Shown here in pieces: positions 33,670-43,004 of a stretch of 64,000 nucleotides of DNA. Within the stretch, counting starts at the first letter, position 1. Each line of letters begins with the position of its first letter. Position numbers and translations under genes: made by a program. Below the pieces are notes generated by a model. That model was not told the origin of the DNA. It did not search any database and was given only the letters and a program-made list of their open reading frames with translations. The stretch is from positions 1 through 64,000 of IMG/VR virus record IMGVR_UViG_3300042564_002819. The stretch is one strand, 5' to 3'.

Positions 33670-34664
33670 GCACTTACGTTTTAGTAGACACAGCAAATAC
33701 TTTTTTTCGAGCACGTCATGTTGTTAAAGGCGATGTCGATACTAAAGTTGGCATGGCTCTACACATTACCCTTAACAGCATTAAAAAAGCGTGGCTCGAC
33801 TTTAAAGCCGACCACGTTGTTTTTTGTCTTGAGGGCCGCAGCTGGCGTAAAGATTTTTATCAACCATACAAACGCAATCGTCAAGAAACTCGAAATGCAA
33901 TGAGTCCGCGTGAAGCCGAGGAAGATCGTGTGTTTTGGGAAATCTTTGATGAGTTTAAAGATTTTGTTACTAACAAAACAAATTGCACAGTGATCCAGAA
34001 TCCCATTCTTGAAGCTGATGACTTGATTGCTGGATGGATTCAAAGTCATCCTAACGATCATCATATCATTATTTCAACTGACAGTGACTTTGCACAGTTG
34101 GTTACACATAATGTAAAACAATATAATGGCGTTCAAAATACTTTGATTACACACGAAGGGTATTTTGACGACAAAGGCAAACCAATTAAAGATAAAAAAA
34201 CAAACGAAATTAAAACTGCTCCTAACCCAGAGTGGATGTTGTTTGAAAAGTGTATGCGTGGCGACACATCAGACAATGTATTTGCAGCATATCCTGGTGT
34301 AAGAACAAAAGGCACAAAAAACAAAGTCGGTCTTACTGAAGCATTTGCTGACAAAAAGACTAAAGGCTTTTCGTGGAATAATCTTATGCTACAGCGTTGG
34401 GTAGATCACAACAATGTTGAACACCGTGTTATTGATGATTATCAGCGTAATGTTACACTTTGCGATCTAACTGCACAACCCCTTCATATCAGAGATGAAA
34501 TTAATAAAACTATTGCTAATGTTATTCCAAAAGATGTTACTCAAGTTGGAATGAAACTTATGAAATTTTGTGCCAAGTGGGATATGAAAAGAATTGCTGA
34601 TCAAGCTATTGCATTTAGCGAACCTTTAAATGCAAAATATCCTAAACAGAAAGAACTACAATGA
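33666..34664 (+). CDS. rnh: T4-type RNase H / 5'-3' flap exonuclease
   Basis: LVDTAN.FFR, SWRKDFY..YK.NR, EADDLIA, STDSDF.QL, RGDTSDNV. Confidence 0.88.
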   Translation: MSTYVLVDTANTFFRARHVVKGDVDTKVGMALHITLNSIKKAWLDFKADHVVFCLEGRSWRKDFYQPYKRNRQETRNAMSPREAEEDRVFWEIFDEFKDFVTNKTNCTVIQNPILEADDLIAGWIQSHPNDHHIIISTDSDFAQLVTHNVKQYNGVQNTLITHEGYFDDKGKPIKDKKTNEIKTAPNPEWMLFEKCMRGDTSDNVFAAYPGVRTKGTKNKVGLTEAFADKKTKGFSWNNLMLQRWVDHNNVEHRVIDDYQRNVTLCDLTAQPLHIRDEINKTIANVIPKDVTQVGMKLMKFCAKWDMKRIADQAIAFSEPLNAKYPKQKELQ

Positions 34665-35143
34665 AACATCATATTATTGCAAAAGAAATACTGCATGATA
34701 AATTTTGGATAGTCGAAGATGAAGGTGTTAGAGTCGGAACGTTAACCAAAGACGAAAACTCTTTTATATTGTCAAGCAAGGGTGCTATCAGCTTTTACAA
34801 AGATGAAAAGCAACTTAAAAAGAAATTTGGAAAAAACTTTCTAACAGCTAAGATTACAACGCCTGTATCAAAAAGTGTCGAACACTCTGTACAAGGATAT
34901 CCTACTAGAGGAGTACCGTATAACAGCATGTTTGATATTTCTCGAAAGCTTCCGCTTTTTACTAAGAGCGAAAAGTCAAAAAGTGTTTATTGTGCAGGCT
35001 ATTATCTCATTAAATTTAATGTTAACTGGCTTAAAAGTTTTTGTCCAAAGCTAATTACTATAGAAAGGAACCAATACATGGGTCCTTATAAAACAGATAT
35101 AGAAATGAAAGCTGCATTAAGTAATGTCGATAGAACCAATTAA
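34661..35143 (+). CDS. Hypothetical protein
   Basis: 160 aa, ATGA-coupled to rnh. Confidence 0.75.
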   Translation: MKHHIIAKEILHDKFWIVEDEGVRVGTLTKDENSFILSSKGAISFYKDEKQLKKKFGKNFLTAKITTPVSKSVEHSVQGYPTRGVPYNSMFDISRKLPLFTKSEKSKSVYCAGYYLIKFNVNWLKSFCPKLITIERNQYMGPYKTDIEMKAALSNVDRTN

Positions 35144-35366
35144 TACAACACCAATAACACAATTTATACAACAAGTTAAAGGTGCCGATTCAAGTAATTC
35201 TAAAGATATTAGACTAGACATAGCTACTGCAAAGTCTCTTGCGTTTACCCTAGGAATTGTAATGGGTAGATTAAATGGCGATTTAGAAAAATTTGTAAAA
35301 GAAAACTCGGGTGGAGGTAACGAAAATATAGTTATTTCCATGGACGGCGGTAGCAATTGGAACTGA
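35124..35366 (+). CDS. Small hypothetical protein
   Basis: 80 aa, overlapping the previous gene. Confidence 0.7.
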   Translation: MSIEPINTTPITQFIQQVKGADSSNSKDIRLDIATAKSLAFTLGIVMGRLNGDLEKFVKENSGGGNENIVISMDGGSNWN

Positions 35367-35372
35367 ATCTGT

Positions 35373-35380
35373 CATAAATA
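35373..35380 (+). promoter_or_regulatory. Putative late promoter (CATAAATA)
   Basis: Intergenic late-consensus box before GGAG and the ATG at 35405. Confidence 0.45.
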
Positions 35381-35404
35381 TACGTATATAATACGGAGTA
35401 TTCC

Positions 35405-35695
35405 ATGAGTAGACCAAAGCCAAGTATATTGCTAGAATTTATAAACAGTAGAACATACAAGTGTGAGCAAATTTTAAATGCTGATGCAGTGTGGGCAGTA
35501 TTTTATAAAGGAAAGCCCTTTAATCTAAAAAGTTCAAATTCGTTAACTAGTTACCCCGGCCCGAAATATAAAAAAACAAGTTTTTCAAATCCTGGACATG
35601 CACATAACTTATCAAAAAAGTTAAACAGCATGTTTAAAACTACAGACTTTTCCGTGTATAAACTTACAAGCGGCGAAGAAGTTGACGATGAATAA
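35405..35695 (+). CDS. Hypothetical protein
   Basis: 96 aa; MSRPKP..LL, YPGPKYKKTSFSNPGHA.NL. Confidence 0.75.
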   Translation: MSRPKPSILLEFINSRTYKCEQILNADAVWAVFYKGKPFNLKSSNSLTSYPGPKYKKTSFSNPGHAHNLSKKLNSMFKTTDFSVYKLTSGEEVDDE

Positions 35696-36086
35696 AAATA
35701 TATATACAAAAATTTTTTTACAACAATTAGGAAAATCTGTTTCAGAAGCAGCTATTGCAGAAGCTTTACCTCTGTGGTGGCAAAACACGAGAGATAAAAA
35801 AGAAGGCGGGCTCGGGTTAACCGAAACTGGTTTTAATACTGTCAAAGAAATAGGTATCGAGTTTTACGAAATACCGTTTCCGTTAGATATGCCACTTACT
35901 GCACAAGTTATGATATATCTTGATCGATACATAGACAGTCCATATTACTTAACTAAGAAAAGTGTTTTTGTTACAAATGAAAAAAAGGCTGTAGAACTAA
36001 CACTGTTTAGTGGCGACATCAGAAAGTATGGACTTGCAAAAGCAATGAGGCGTCCTAGCGAAGATCAGGATGAACATAATTTATAA
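35688..36086 (+). CDS. Hypothetical protein
   Basis: ORF coupled to the previous gene; LGLTETGF, YLDRYIDSPYYL. Confidence 0.7.
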   Translation: MNKNIYTKIFLQQLGKSVSEAAIAEALPLWWQNTRDKKEGGLGLTETGFNTVKEIGIEFYEIPFPLDMPLTAQVMIYLDRYIDSPYYLTKKSVFVTNEKKAVELTLFSGDIRKYGLAKAMRRPSEDQDEHNL

Positions 36087-36753
36087 TGAAGAAGAAAAAA
36101 TTCTTATTTGTGCATTAGCACGTTGCGGAACAAACTTTCTTGCAGATATTGCTCCACATATCAATTATAAAGTTTTAGATGATTATCATCAAATAAAGAA
36201 TTTTTCTGAATATACTATTGTTAAGATTGTTCGAGAACCAATGAACAGATTTGTTAGTTGGTGGTATTCTTTTAAAGCAAATCTTTCTAAAACAGAAGAT
36301 CACCCCCGTGATTGGACCGAAGAAGAAACTAACAACTGGATTGAAAAATTTAAAGACGAAATGCACTACGACGAACATACCGGATTACAAAGCATTTTAT
36401 ATTTTCAAAATCCTGATTTAAATCATAACAACTTGTTTATAAAACTAGAAGATATAGACATTTTCTTAGGATTTTCTGTTGAAAAATATCGATTAAATCG
36501 ATATGTCGAAGACATGTATAATAATATCCCAATAATGAACAGGCTTATTAAAACTGTAAAAAGATTTTATAAAAGAGATCTAGAGTGGTATAATAATTTA
36601 GATACTAGGATACCGGGAAATTTTCGTTTAAAGTTTTTTTCTGTCTTGACAAAATTAGACATGGGTGTTATTGATAGAACTCATCCAATGACTATCGACC
36701 TCGGCACAATTAAAAACGATTTGGAAATTGATGTCGATTTTGGTAAATTTTAG
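36070..36753 (+). CDS. Sulfotransferase family 2-like protein
   Basis: ICALARCGTNF (5'-PSB loop-like), IVREPMNRFVSWW (3'-PB-like), DEHTGLQ, FIKLED. Confidence 0.6.
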   Translation: MNIIYNEEEKILICALARCGTNFLADIAPHINYKVLDDYHQIKNFSEYTIVKIVREPMNRFVSWWYSFKANLSKTEDHPRDWTEEETNNWIEKFKDEMHYDEHTGLQSILYFQNPDLNHNNLFIKLEDIDIFLGFSVEKYRLNRYVEDMYNNIPIMNRLIKTVKRFYKRDLEWYNNLDTRIPGNFRLKFFSVLTKLDMGVIDRTHPMTIDLGTIKNDLEIDVDFGKF

Positions 36754-36756
36754 TAG

Positions 36757-36805
36757 TTGACTTCACGAGTGTTTTGCATTATGTTACGTATATAGGCACT
36801 GAACA
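36757..36805 (+). promoter_or_regulatory. Sigma70-type promoter plus shared 15-bp element, moxR
   Basis: TTGACT-17nt-TATGTT, then TATAGGCACTGAACA at 36791..36805. Confidence 0.7.
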
Positions 36806-36822
36806 ACACGAAAGGATACAGT

Positions 36823-37905
36823 ATGTCTGACAATACTCGCACCGTTAGCCCGAACAAGGCTAAGACTGGCATTAAACATGCATTGCTTAAAAAACGTCCA
36901 ATTTTCCTGTGGGGTCCTCCTGGTATTGGAAAATCCGACGTAGTTCACCAGATTGGTGAACTTATTGACGCTCACGTTATTGACGTCCGCTTGTCGCTTT
37001 GGGAACCTACTGACATCAAAGGTATTCCGTACTTTGATTCCAATGAAAGCAAAATGGTTTGGGCACCGCCGAGCGAACTTCCGGACGAAGCTCTTGCTGC
37101 AAAACACAAAAATATCATTTTGTTCCTTGACGAAATGAACAGTGCTGCACCTGCTGTGCAAGCTGCTGCGTATCAGCTGATTCTTAACCGTAAAGTTGGC
37201 ACTTATCGACTGCCCGACAACGTTATGATTGTTGCTGCCGGTAACCGTGAAGCTGACAAAGGTGTTACTTATCGTATGCCGGCGCCGCTTGCTAACCGCT
37301 TTGTTCACCTCGAAATGCAGGTTAACTTCGACGACTGGTTCCAGTGGGCAGTTGACAACAAAATTCACAAAGATGTAGTTGGTTTCCTTAACTTCTCAAA
37401 GAAGGACCTCTACGACTTTGATCCTAAATCGCCAAGCCGTTCTTTTGCAACTCCGCGTTCGTGGTCGTTTGTTAGCGAACTGCTTTCCGATAATCTTGAC
37501 GACGGTACTACCACTGACCTGGTTGCAGGTGCAGTTGGTGAAGGACTTGCCGTTAAGTTCATGGCTCACCGCAAGGTTGCTGCTAGTATGCCTGACCCAA
37601 CTGACATTCTTGCCGGTAAGGTCAAAGAGATGAAGACTAAAGAAATCAGTGCCATGTATTCCTTGACAGTCTCGCTCTGCTACGAGCTCAAAGATGCATC
37701 CGACAAAGGCGATAAGAAGTTTGACGATAAAGTCAACAACTTCCTTCGGTTTGCGATGGATAATTTCGACACTGAACTTGTTGTAATGGGCATTAAACTT
37801 GCTCTTACTCAGTATCAACTGCCGATCGATCCTGATGCTGTTGAATGCTTTGACGAGTTCCACAATCGCTACGGCAAATACATTAAAGCAGCTCAGTCTG
37901 CTTAA
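36823..37905 (+). CDS. MoxR-like AAA+ ATPase
   Basis: LWGPPGIGKS Walker A, LFLDEMN Walker B, AAGNR, PLANRF, TPRSW. Confidence 0.9.
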   Translation: MSDNTRTVSPNKAKTGIKHALLKKRPIFLWGPPGIGKSDVVHQIGELIDAHVIDVRLSLWEPTDIKGIPYFDSNESKMVWAPPSELPDEALAAKHKNIILFLDEMNSAAPAVQAAAYQLILNRKVGTYRLPDNVMIVAAGNREADKGVTYRMPAPLANRFVHLEMQVNFDDWFQWAVDNKIHKDVVGFLNFSKKDLYDFDPKSPSRSFATPRSWSFVSELLSDNLDDGTTTDLVAGAVGEGLAVKFMAHRKVAASMPDPTDILAGKVKEMKTKEISAMYSLTVSLCYELKDASDKGDKKFDDKVNNFLRFAMDNFDTELVVMGIKLALTQYQLPIDPDAVECFDEFHNRYGKYIKAAQSA

Positions 37906-37915
37906 GGTGAGAAAT

Positions 37916-37947
37916 AAAGTGGGCGGGTTGAACTCCGCCCACTTTTT
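37916..37947 (+). terminator. Intrinsic terminator after moxR
   Basis: AAAGTGGGCGG-GTTGAACT-CCGCCCACTTT followed by T tract. Confidence 0.88.
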
Positions 37948-37958
37948 CTATCCACTGG

Positions 37959-38006
37959 TTGACATCTAACGTAAATACTGTTACATTACAGTATAGGCAC
38001 TGAACA
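37959..38006 (+). promoter_or_regulatory. Sigma70-type promoter plus shared 15-bp element, VWA gene
   Basis: TTGACA-17nt-TACATT, then TATAGGCACTGAACA at 37992..38006. Confidence 0.72.
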
Positions 38007-38017
38007 CGAGGTATACT

Positions 38018-39304
38018 ATGTCTGTTAAACAAACTGCGTCCAAGACTAAAAAAAACTGGAAGCCTAATCCGAATCTTACAGAAGCAGAACTTAAAAAAAT
38101 GCGAGAAGATGTTCTCGATCGCATTATTGTTGCTCGAGTTGGATTGCTCTTGCGCCATCCGTTCTTTGGTAATATGGCCACTCGACTTCGTATCGAGCCA
38201 GCCGATGACTGGCTTCCTACTGCGGCAACTGACGGGCGTCATCTTTACTTTAACACTCAGTTCTTTAATGCTATGGACAATAAAGAAATTGAGTTTGTTA
38301 TTGCACACGAAATTCTTCACTGTGTATACGATCACCTTACTCGTCGTGAAAGCAGAGATCCTAAACTTTACAACATCGCAGCAGACTACGTTGTAAACAA
38401 CTTGCTGGTCCGTGACCGAATTGGTGCTAAACCCAAGGTTGTTGATTGTTTCCAAGATTTTAAATATGACAAGTGGACTTCAGAAGAAGTTTACGACGAT
38501 CTATTTAAGAACGCTAAGAAGATCGATCTTGATTCGCTCGGCGAATTGCTCGATGAGCATATTGACTGGAACGACGAGGATGATAGCGACAACGACGGCG
38601 ACAAAGAGGGTAAGGGCGGCAGACCGCGTTTGAGTAAAGAAGATTTGCGTCAGATTCGTGACGAAATCAAAGAAGCAATGATTCAAGCTGCCCAAAGTGC
38701 TGGTGCTGGTAACGTTCCTGGAGAAATTCAGCGAATGATTAAAGAGCTAACAGAGCCAAAAATGAATTGGCGTCAACTGTTGCGTCAGCAAATCCAGAGC
38801 ACTATTCGTAATGACTACACTTTTGCTCGACCGTCTCGCAAAGGTTGGCATACCGGTGCTGTATTGCCAGGTATGAACTTCGACCAACAAATTGACATTT
38901 GTGTGTCTATTGACATGTCAGGTTCTATTAGCAACGAACAAGGATCCGACTTCCTTGGCGAGATCAAAGGTATTATGGAAGAATTTAAAAGCTATAATAT
39001 CAAGGTTTGGTGTTTCGATACTAAGGTTTACAACGAAGATGACTTTAGTGCAGACAACGGCAAAGACATCAGCGAATATCAGGTTGTTGGCGGTGGCGGC
39101 ACCGACTTTGAATGCAACTGGGCATACATGAAGAAACATGATATTCAGCCTAAAAAGTTTATCATGTTTACTGATGGATATCCGTTTGGTAGCTGGGGTG
39201 ATGAATCCTATTGCGATACAATCTTCATTATCCACAGCAATCATAATAAAAATCTCGAAGCACCGTTCGGCATTACTGCCCACTACGAGAAAGCAAATGG
39301 CTAA
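38018..39304 (+). CDS. Metallopeptidase-like (HExxH) plus VWA domain protein (DUF2201-type MoxR partner)
   Basis: TAATDG, IAHEILH, NIAADY, W...LR, RPSR, IDMSGS MIDAS, GGGGTDF, FTDGY. Confidence 0.88.
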   Translation: MSVKQTASKTKKNWKPNPNLTEAELKKMREDVLDRIIVARVGLLLRHPFFGNMATRLRIEPADDWLPTAATDGRHLYFNTQFFNAMDNKEIEFVIAHEILHCVYDHLTRRESRDPKLYNIAADYVVNNLLVRDRIGAKPKVVDCFQDFKYDKWTSEEVYDDLFKNAKKIDLDSLGELLDEHIDWNDEDDSDNDGDKEGKGGRPRLSKEDLRQIRDEIKEAMIQAAQSAGAGNVPGEIQRMIKELTEPKMNWRQLLRQQIQSTIRNDYTFARPSRKGWHTGAVLPGMNFDQQIDICVSIDMSGSISNEQGSDFLGEIKGIMEEFKSYNIKVWCFDTKVYNEDDFSADNGKDISEYQVVGGGGTDFECNWAYMKKHDIQPKKFIMFTDGYPFGSWGDESYCDTIFIIHSNHNKNLEAPFGITAHYEKANG

Positions 39305-39581
39305 AAAAGAAAGTGTTAATCCACTTAATGTTTTAGATGCAAGGAGGGTAGATTTCTGCCCTCCTTATTTTGAATCAACAACTATTGCACCAACTTATAA
39401 CTTAGCAAAAGCGTTGGATGAGTGGATATACGAAAACTTATCCGGTAGATACTACATCGGATCTGCTGTTGATCTAGAAAGTTCTAGACCTTTTAAATCT
39501 AAGATTAAAATAGGATTTGAAAATCCTACAGAAATGAGTTTTTTCATGTTGGCTTGTCCAATTCTGAAATACAACAAATAA
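39297..39581 (+). CDS. Hypothetical protein
   Basis: Start moved to MAKKESVNPLNV at 39297, overlapping the previous stop. Confidence 0.7.
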   Translation: MAKKESVNPLNVLDARRVDFCPPYFESTTIAPTYNLAKALDEWIYENLSGRYYIGSAVDLESSRPFKSKIKIGFENPTEMSFFMLACPILKYNK

Positions 39582-39616
39582 TTTAAAAATATATAATATA
39601 CAAGGAGAAATACAAA

Positions 39617-39856
39617 ATGTCTACACAAAAACCAGAAACCAACCCTACCGATCTAAACATCCAAGATCTTGCAACTATGAAAAGTATCATCGAAATTGCA
39701 AGCGAACGCAGTGCATTTAAGCCTGCTGAGATGGCTGCGGTTGGTATTGTTTATAACAAACTCGACATGTTTTTAAAAGCTGTTGAAGAACAACAAAAGC
39801 AAGCACAAGCTGCCGCTGCACAAGCGACACCTGCTGCTACCGAGGAAAGCGAATAA
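39617..39856 (+). CDS. Small hypothetical protein
   Basis: 79 aa after AAGGAG. Confidence 0.75.
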   Translation: MSTQKPETNPTDLNIQDLATMKSIIEIASERSAFKPAEMAAVGIVYNKLDMFLKAVEEQQKQAQAAAAQATPAATEESE

Positions 39857-40467
39857 TGGCTAATTTAAAACATGTAGGACGTTTAAAAAACAACAAAAAA
39901 AGAACGATTGTAGCCTACAGAACCTTGCCTGGAGATCCGTACAGTTGTTTGGTTGTTCTTACGGAATCTTTGCCAGCTGATGAACACGATGTGTTAATTA
40001 AGTTGGTAGAATCGCCTGCTGGGCAACAAGCAAATGAGCTTGCCGAAGCAATGGCAAGGTCGTATCTACCGGATGGCAGAAACATGCTTGCTGGATTTCA
40101 TGCCACCGGTAAATTAAAAAAATTACGCACAGTTGATGTTGAAATGACTCCTGATACAAAAAGTGTAGTCGGGCTAGATCAGCTAAATGAACTCATTGCA
40201 ACTCAGCGTGGTATTGCAATCGAGGATCTTGCTATAAAGCCTACTAATCAGGCACCGGCTGCTAAACCAGAGAAAGTATCCGAAGCGGTTCAAGAGTTTG
40301 AACAAATTCCCGACAACAATCAACATGTAGTTCTTACAGACGAAGAACGTGCTACACAACTTAGGGGTCAAGCCGACAGGTTGTATAAGGAAGCTAAACG
40401 TTTGAGAGATGAGGCTGAAGAAATTTCCCCGACTAAGAAAAAGGCAAGCTCTAAAGAAAGTGTCTAA
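39856..40467 (+). CDS. Hypothetical protein
   Basis: 203 aa with TAATG coupling. Confidence 0.75.
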   Translation: MANLKHVGRLKNNKKRTIVAYRTLPGDPYSCLVVLTESLPADEHDVLIKLVESPAGQQANELAEAMARSYLPDGRNMLAGFHATGKLKKLRTVDVEMTPDTKSVVGLDQLNELIATQRGIAIEDLAIKPTNQAPAAKPEKVSEAVQEFEQIPDNNQHVVLTDEERATQLRGQADRLYKEAKRLRDEAEEISPTKKKASSKESV

Positions 40468-40777
40468 GAAAAAAATAACACATACTGAGCATAGCGAAGA
40501 GCATTGGCAGGAAATATTTGACTCTATTGACATGGAGTATCTTCCTTTAGAATACATTAATCGTATTGTTATTACATTTCAAGACGGTGCTGTTTGGGAT
40601 ATTGATATCGACGACAGTAGAAAAAAACAACCTATCGAATACATAGAAGATCAACTTGATCAACTATTTGAAGAATACGATACAAAAATTGAAACTATAG
40701 ACTTTAGATTAGATTTAGAACGTGTTAAAAACGACCTAAGTAAAAGAGTATATAGATTTCTCAAATTGAATAAGTGA
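40460..40777 (+). CDS. Hypothetical acidic protein
   Basis: Probable GTG start at 40460 overlapping the previous gene. Confidence 0.65.
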   Translation: MSKKKITHTEHSEEHWQEIFDSIDMEYLPLEYINRIVITFQDGAVWDIDIDDSRKKQPIEYIEDQLDQLFEEYDTKIETIDFRLDLERVKNDLSKRVYRFLKLNK

Positions 40778-40780
40778 TTC

Positions 40781-40827
40781 ATCCCCTAGTGTGATAAATA
40801 TATATAATTAATATCACACTAGGGGAT
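40781..40827. repeat. 16-bp inverted repeat enclosing a late-promoter box
   Basis: ATCCCCTAGTGTGATA-15nt-TATCACACTAGGGGAT; GATAAATA at 40793..40800. Confidence 0.85.
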
Positions 40828-40834
40828 TTCTAAT

Positions 40835-42280
40835 ATGACATTGCGACTAAGACGCGGAACTGATCTTGCAAGACAATCTATCGTTTTTCAGGAAGGCGAG
40901 CTCGTTTACATAACCGACACAAAAGACTTGTACGCCGGGGACGGTACCACTGTAGGTGGTATAAAAGTATCTAACATTGGGTCGCCTAGTAGTCTAACAC
41001 AAAATTTAAATCTTAACGGTTATAGTATTCAAGGTAGTGGTACAATAAGTGCTACTTCGTTTGTTGGTGACGGTTCTGGACTAACTGGCATAGACATCGG
41101 TGTACAGTCGGGACAAGAATATGATATTAGCATACGCGGTGCTGTTAGAGGATATGACAGTACTGTATTAGTAGATCCGGCTAGTAACACAATATTCGGC
41201 AACTTTTTTGGGGATGGAACAAATTTAGTAAATGTTCCCGGTACTATTGTGCCAAGTGGTGAATATACTATAAACGTTACAGGATACATTAGAGCATTTG
41301 ATAACGATATTCTTGTTGATGCAGAAACAAAAACTATGTATGGCGATTTTATAGGAACTCATCAGGGATCGCTAAGAGCCGAAGATAGTACACTGTTAAT
41401 CGATTCAAATTCTAGTTCTTTCTTTGGAACATTTATCGGAGACGGAAGTCTCTTATCAAATATATCATTAACTCAAATAGCCGAAGTTGGAATAGTTAAT
41501 CCAACTTTTAATGATGTACTATTTTATGACGGAAGTAGTTGGGTTAATTTATCGGCTTCTGACATAGGAATTTCTGAAGGCGGTAATTATAAAATTAGTG
41601 TTGTAGGTCTTGACAGCACAATTATAGTTGATGCTACAACAGGAACGGTAACAGCTGATCGAACAAATACTTCTAGAATTTTTCACAGTAGTGGCGATGT
41701 TCTTATTGTAACTTCCGCTGAGAGCGGTGAATCTACTGTTCTAATGACTGATTCCGTTGATAACACATCAGAACTTCGTTTACGTAGAACATCCAACTCG
41801 GCTATTACCGATGACATGGTTTACGGAAAACTTACTTTTGAAAAGACTGAGAATTTCCTTACTACTACATCCGCTATTATCGGGGCTGACAACCTCGGGC
41901 TGTTTTTCTCGTACAATTCTAACGGAGTAGATTTTGACGAATCTACATATATAACATACTCGTTTGAAAATAAGCTTGGTATAGGAACCTTTAGTCCTAC
42001 TGAGCGTCTAGATGTTCGTGGAAATGCAGTAGTTACAGGAACTGTTACTGCTGCATCATTTAACGGTTCGGTTGTGGCAGACGACAGCACTACTATAATT
42101 GATGCAATTAACGGATCAATTGTTGCAAGTAATTATGTAATGTTTGGTCGGTTAACTACTTCTGAACGCGATGCCCTATTTCCAGAAAATGGAATGGTTA
42201 TTTATAACACCACAGCAAATAGATTTCAGGGCTATCAAAACAATTCTTGGATCAATATCGACGACGGCACAAGTGCGTAA
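40835..42280 (+). CDS. Tail-fibre/virion structural-like protein
   Basis: LRLRRGT...EGEL..ITDT...Y.GDG.T.GG N-terminal module typical of fibre proteins; repeated G.Y.I...DST.LVD units; Gly/Ser/Thr-rich. Confidence 0.7.
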   Translation: MTLRLRRGTDLARQSIVFQEGELVYITDTKDLYAGDGTTVGGIKVSNIGSPSSLTQNLNLNGYSIQGSGTISATSFVGDGSGLTGIDIGVQSGQEYDISIRGAVRGYDSTVLVDPASNTIFGNFFGDGTNLVNVPGTIVPSGEYTINVTGYIRAFDNDILVDAETKTMYGDFIGTHQGSLRAEDSTLLIDSNSSSFFGTFIGDGSLLSNISLTQIAEVGIVNPTFNDVLFYDGSSWVNLSASDIGISEGGNYKISVVGLDSTIIVDATTGTVTADRTNTSRIFHSSGDVLIVTSAESGESTVLMTDSVDNTSELRLRRTSNSAITDDMVYGKLTFEKTENFLTTTSAIIGADNLGLFFSYNSNGVDFDESTYITYSFENKLGIGTFSPTERLDVRGNAVVTGTVTAASFNGSVVADDSTTIIDAINGSIVASNYVMFGRLTTSERDALFPENGMVIYNTTANRFQGYQNNSWINIDDGTSA

Positions 42281-42285
42281 TACTA

Positions 42286-42318
42286 ATTACTTTACAAGAG
42301 AATCTCTTGTAAAGTAAT
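42286..42318. terminator. Perfect 15-bp hairpin at the island boundary
   Basis: ATTACTTTACAAGAG-AAT-CTCTTGTAAAGTAAT directly after the fibre gene stop. Confidence 0.65.
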
Positions 42319-42346
42319 GTTTACTCAATAAGCTTAAAGTTGTAAA

Positions 42347-42916
42347 ATGAAAATTAAGAATGTAATAATTCACGGAAAAATTTCCGACCCGTCCTACTTT
42401 GATAAAATGATGTCGCTGCTATCTGCAGATGAAAGTAAGAGAAATGAAAATTATACATATGAAAATATGGATTTTAAAAATCATTTAACTTATGACTTGC
42501 TGCTTACCGACGACGACGAAATCATTTGTTTTAGCGGACTTTATTCTAGACCCGGTTGGGGTGAACGCATTTATAGAAGTTCCAACAGAACTTACGTAAA
42601 TCCTAAATTTAGAAATAATGCATACAACTTTTATAATCCAATGTACATTGTTCCTCATCAGGTAACTAAGTTTCAATCACACATAGATATTGTTTTTAGT
42701 TCTAGAGAGCATTATAAATCAGAATTTTTTTTTAAAAAAGCAAAGACTGTGGTTGACTTTTACAAAGATTGGGATATAATGGATAATATGATAAAAGTTG
42801 TGCCCACGTCAACTAAAAAATCTGCATATCAAAAAGTTATAGTAAAATCTTTTACTGGTGCTAAATTGCCATTTGCATCTATAACAAAAGATGAATGGAA
42901 TATGTTGCCCGATTAA
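42347..42916 (+). CDS. Hypothetical protein, possibly GNAT-like
   Basis: DDEIICFSG...RI....YVNPKFR resembles a GNAT motif A; weak. Confidence 0.45.
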   Translation: MKIKNVIIHGKISDPSYFDKMMSLLSADESKRNENYTYENMDFKNHLTYDLLLTDDDEIICFSGLYSRPGWGERIYRSSNRTYVNPKFRNNAYNFYNPMYIVPHQVTKFQSHIDIVFSSREHYKSEFFFKKAKTVVDFYKDWDIMDNMIKVVPTSTKKSAYQKVIVKSFTGAKLPFASITKDEWNMLPD

Positions 42917-43004
42917 GCTGTGTTTTAAATTTTATAAAACAACTGCCCAATCAAGTAATAGATAAACATAGAAAATTATGTAAGTTGAAAGAAATTAAAA
43001 AATA

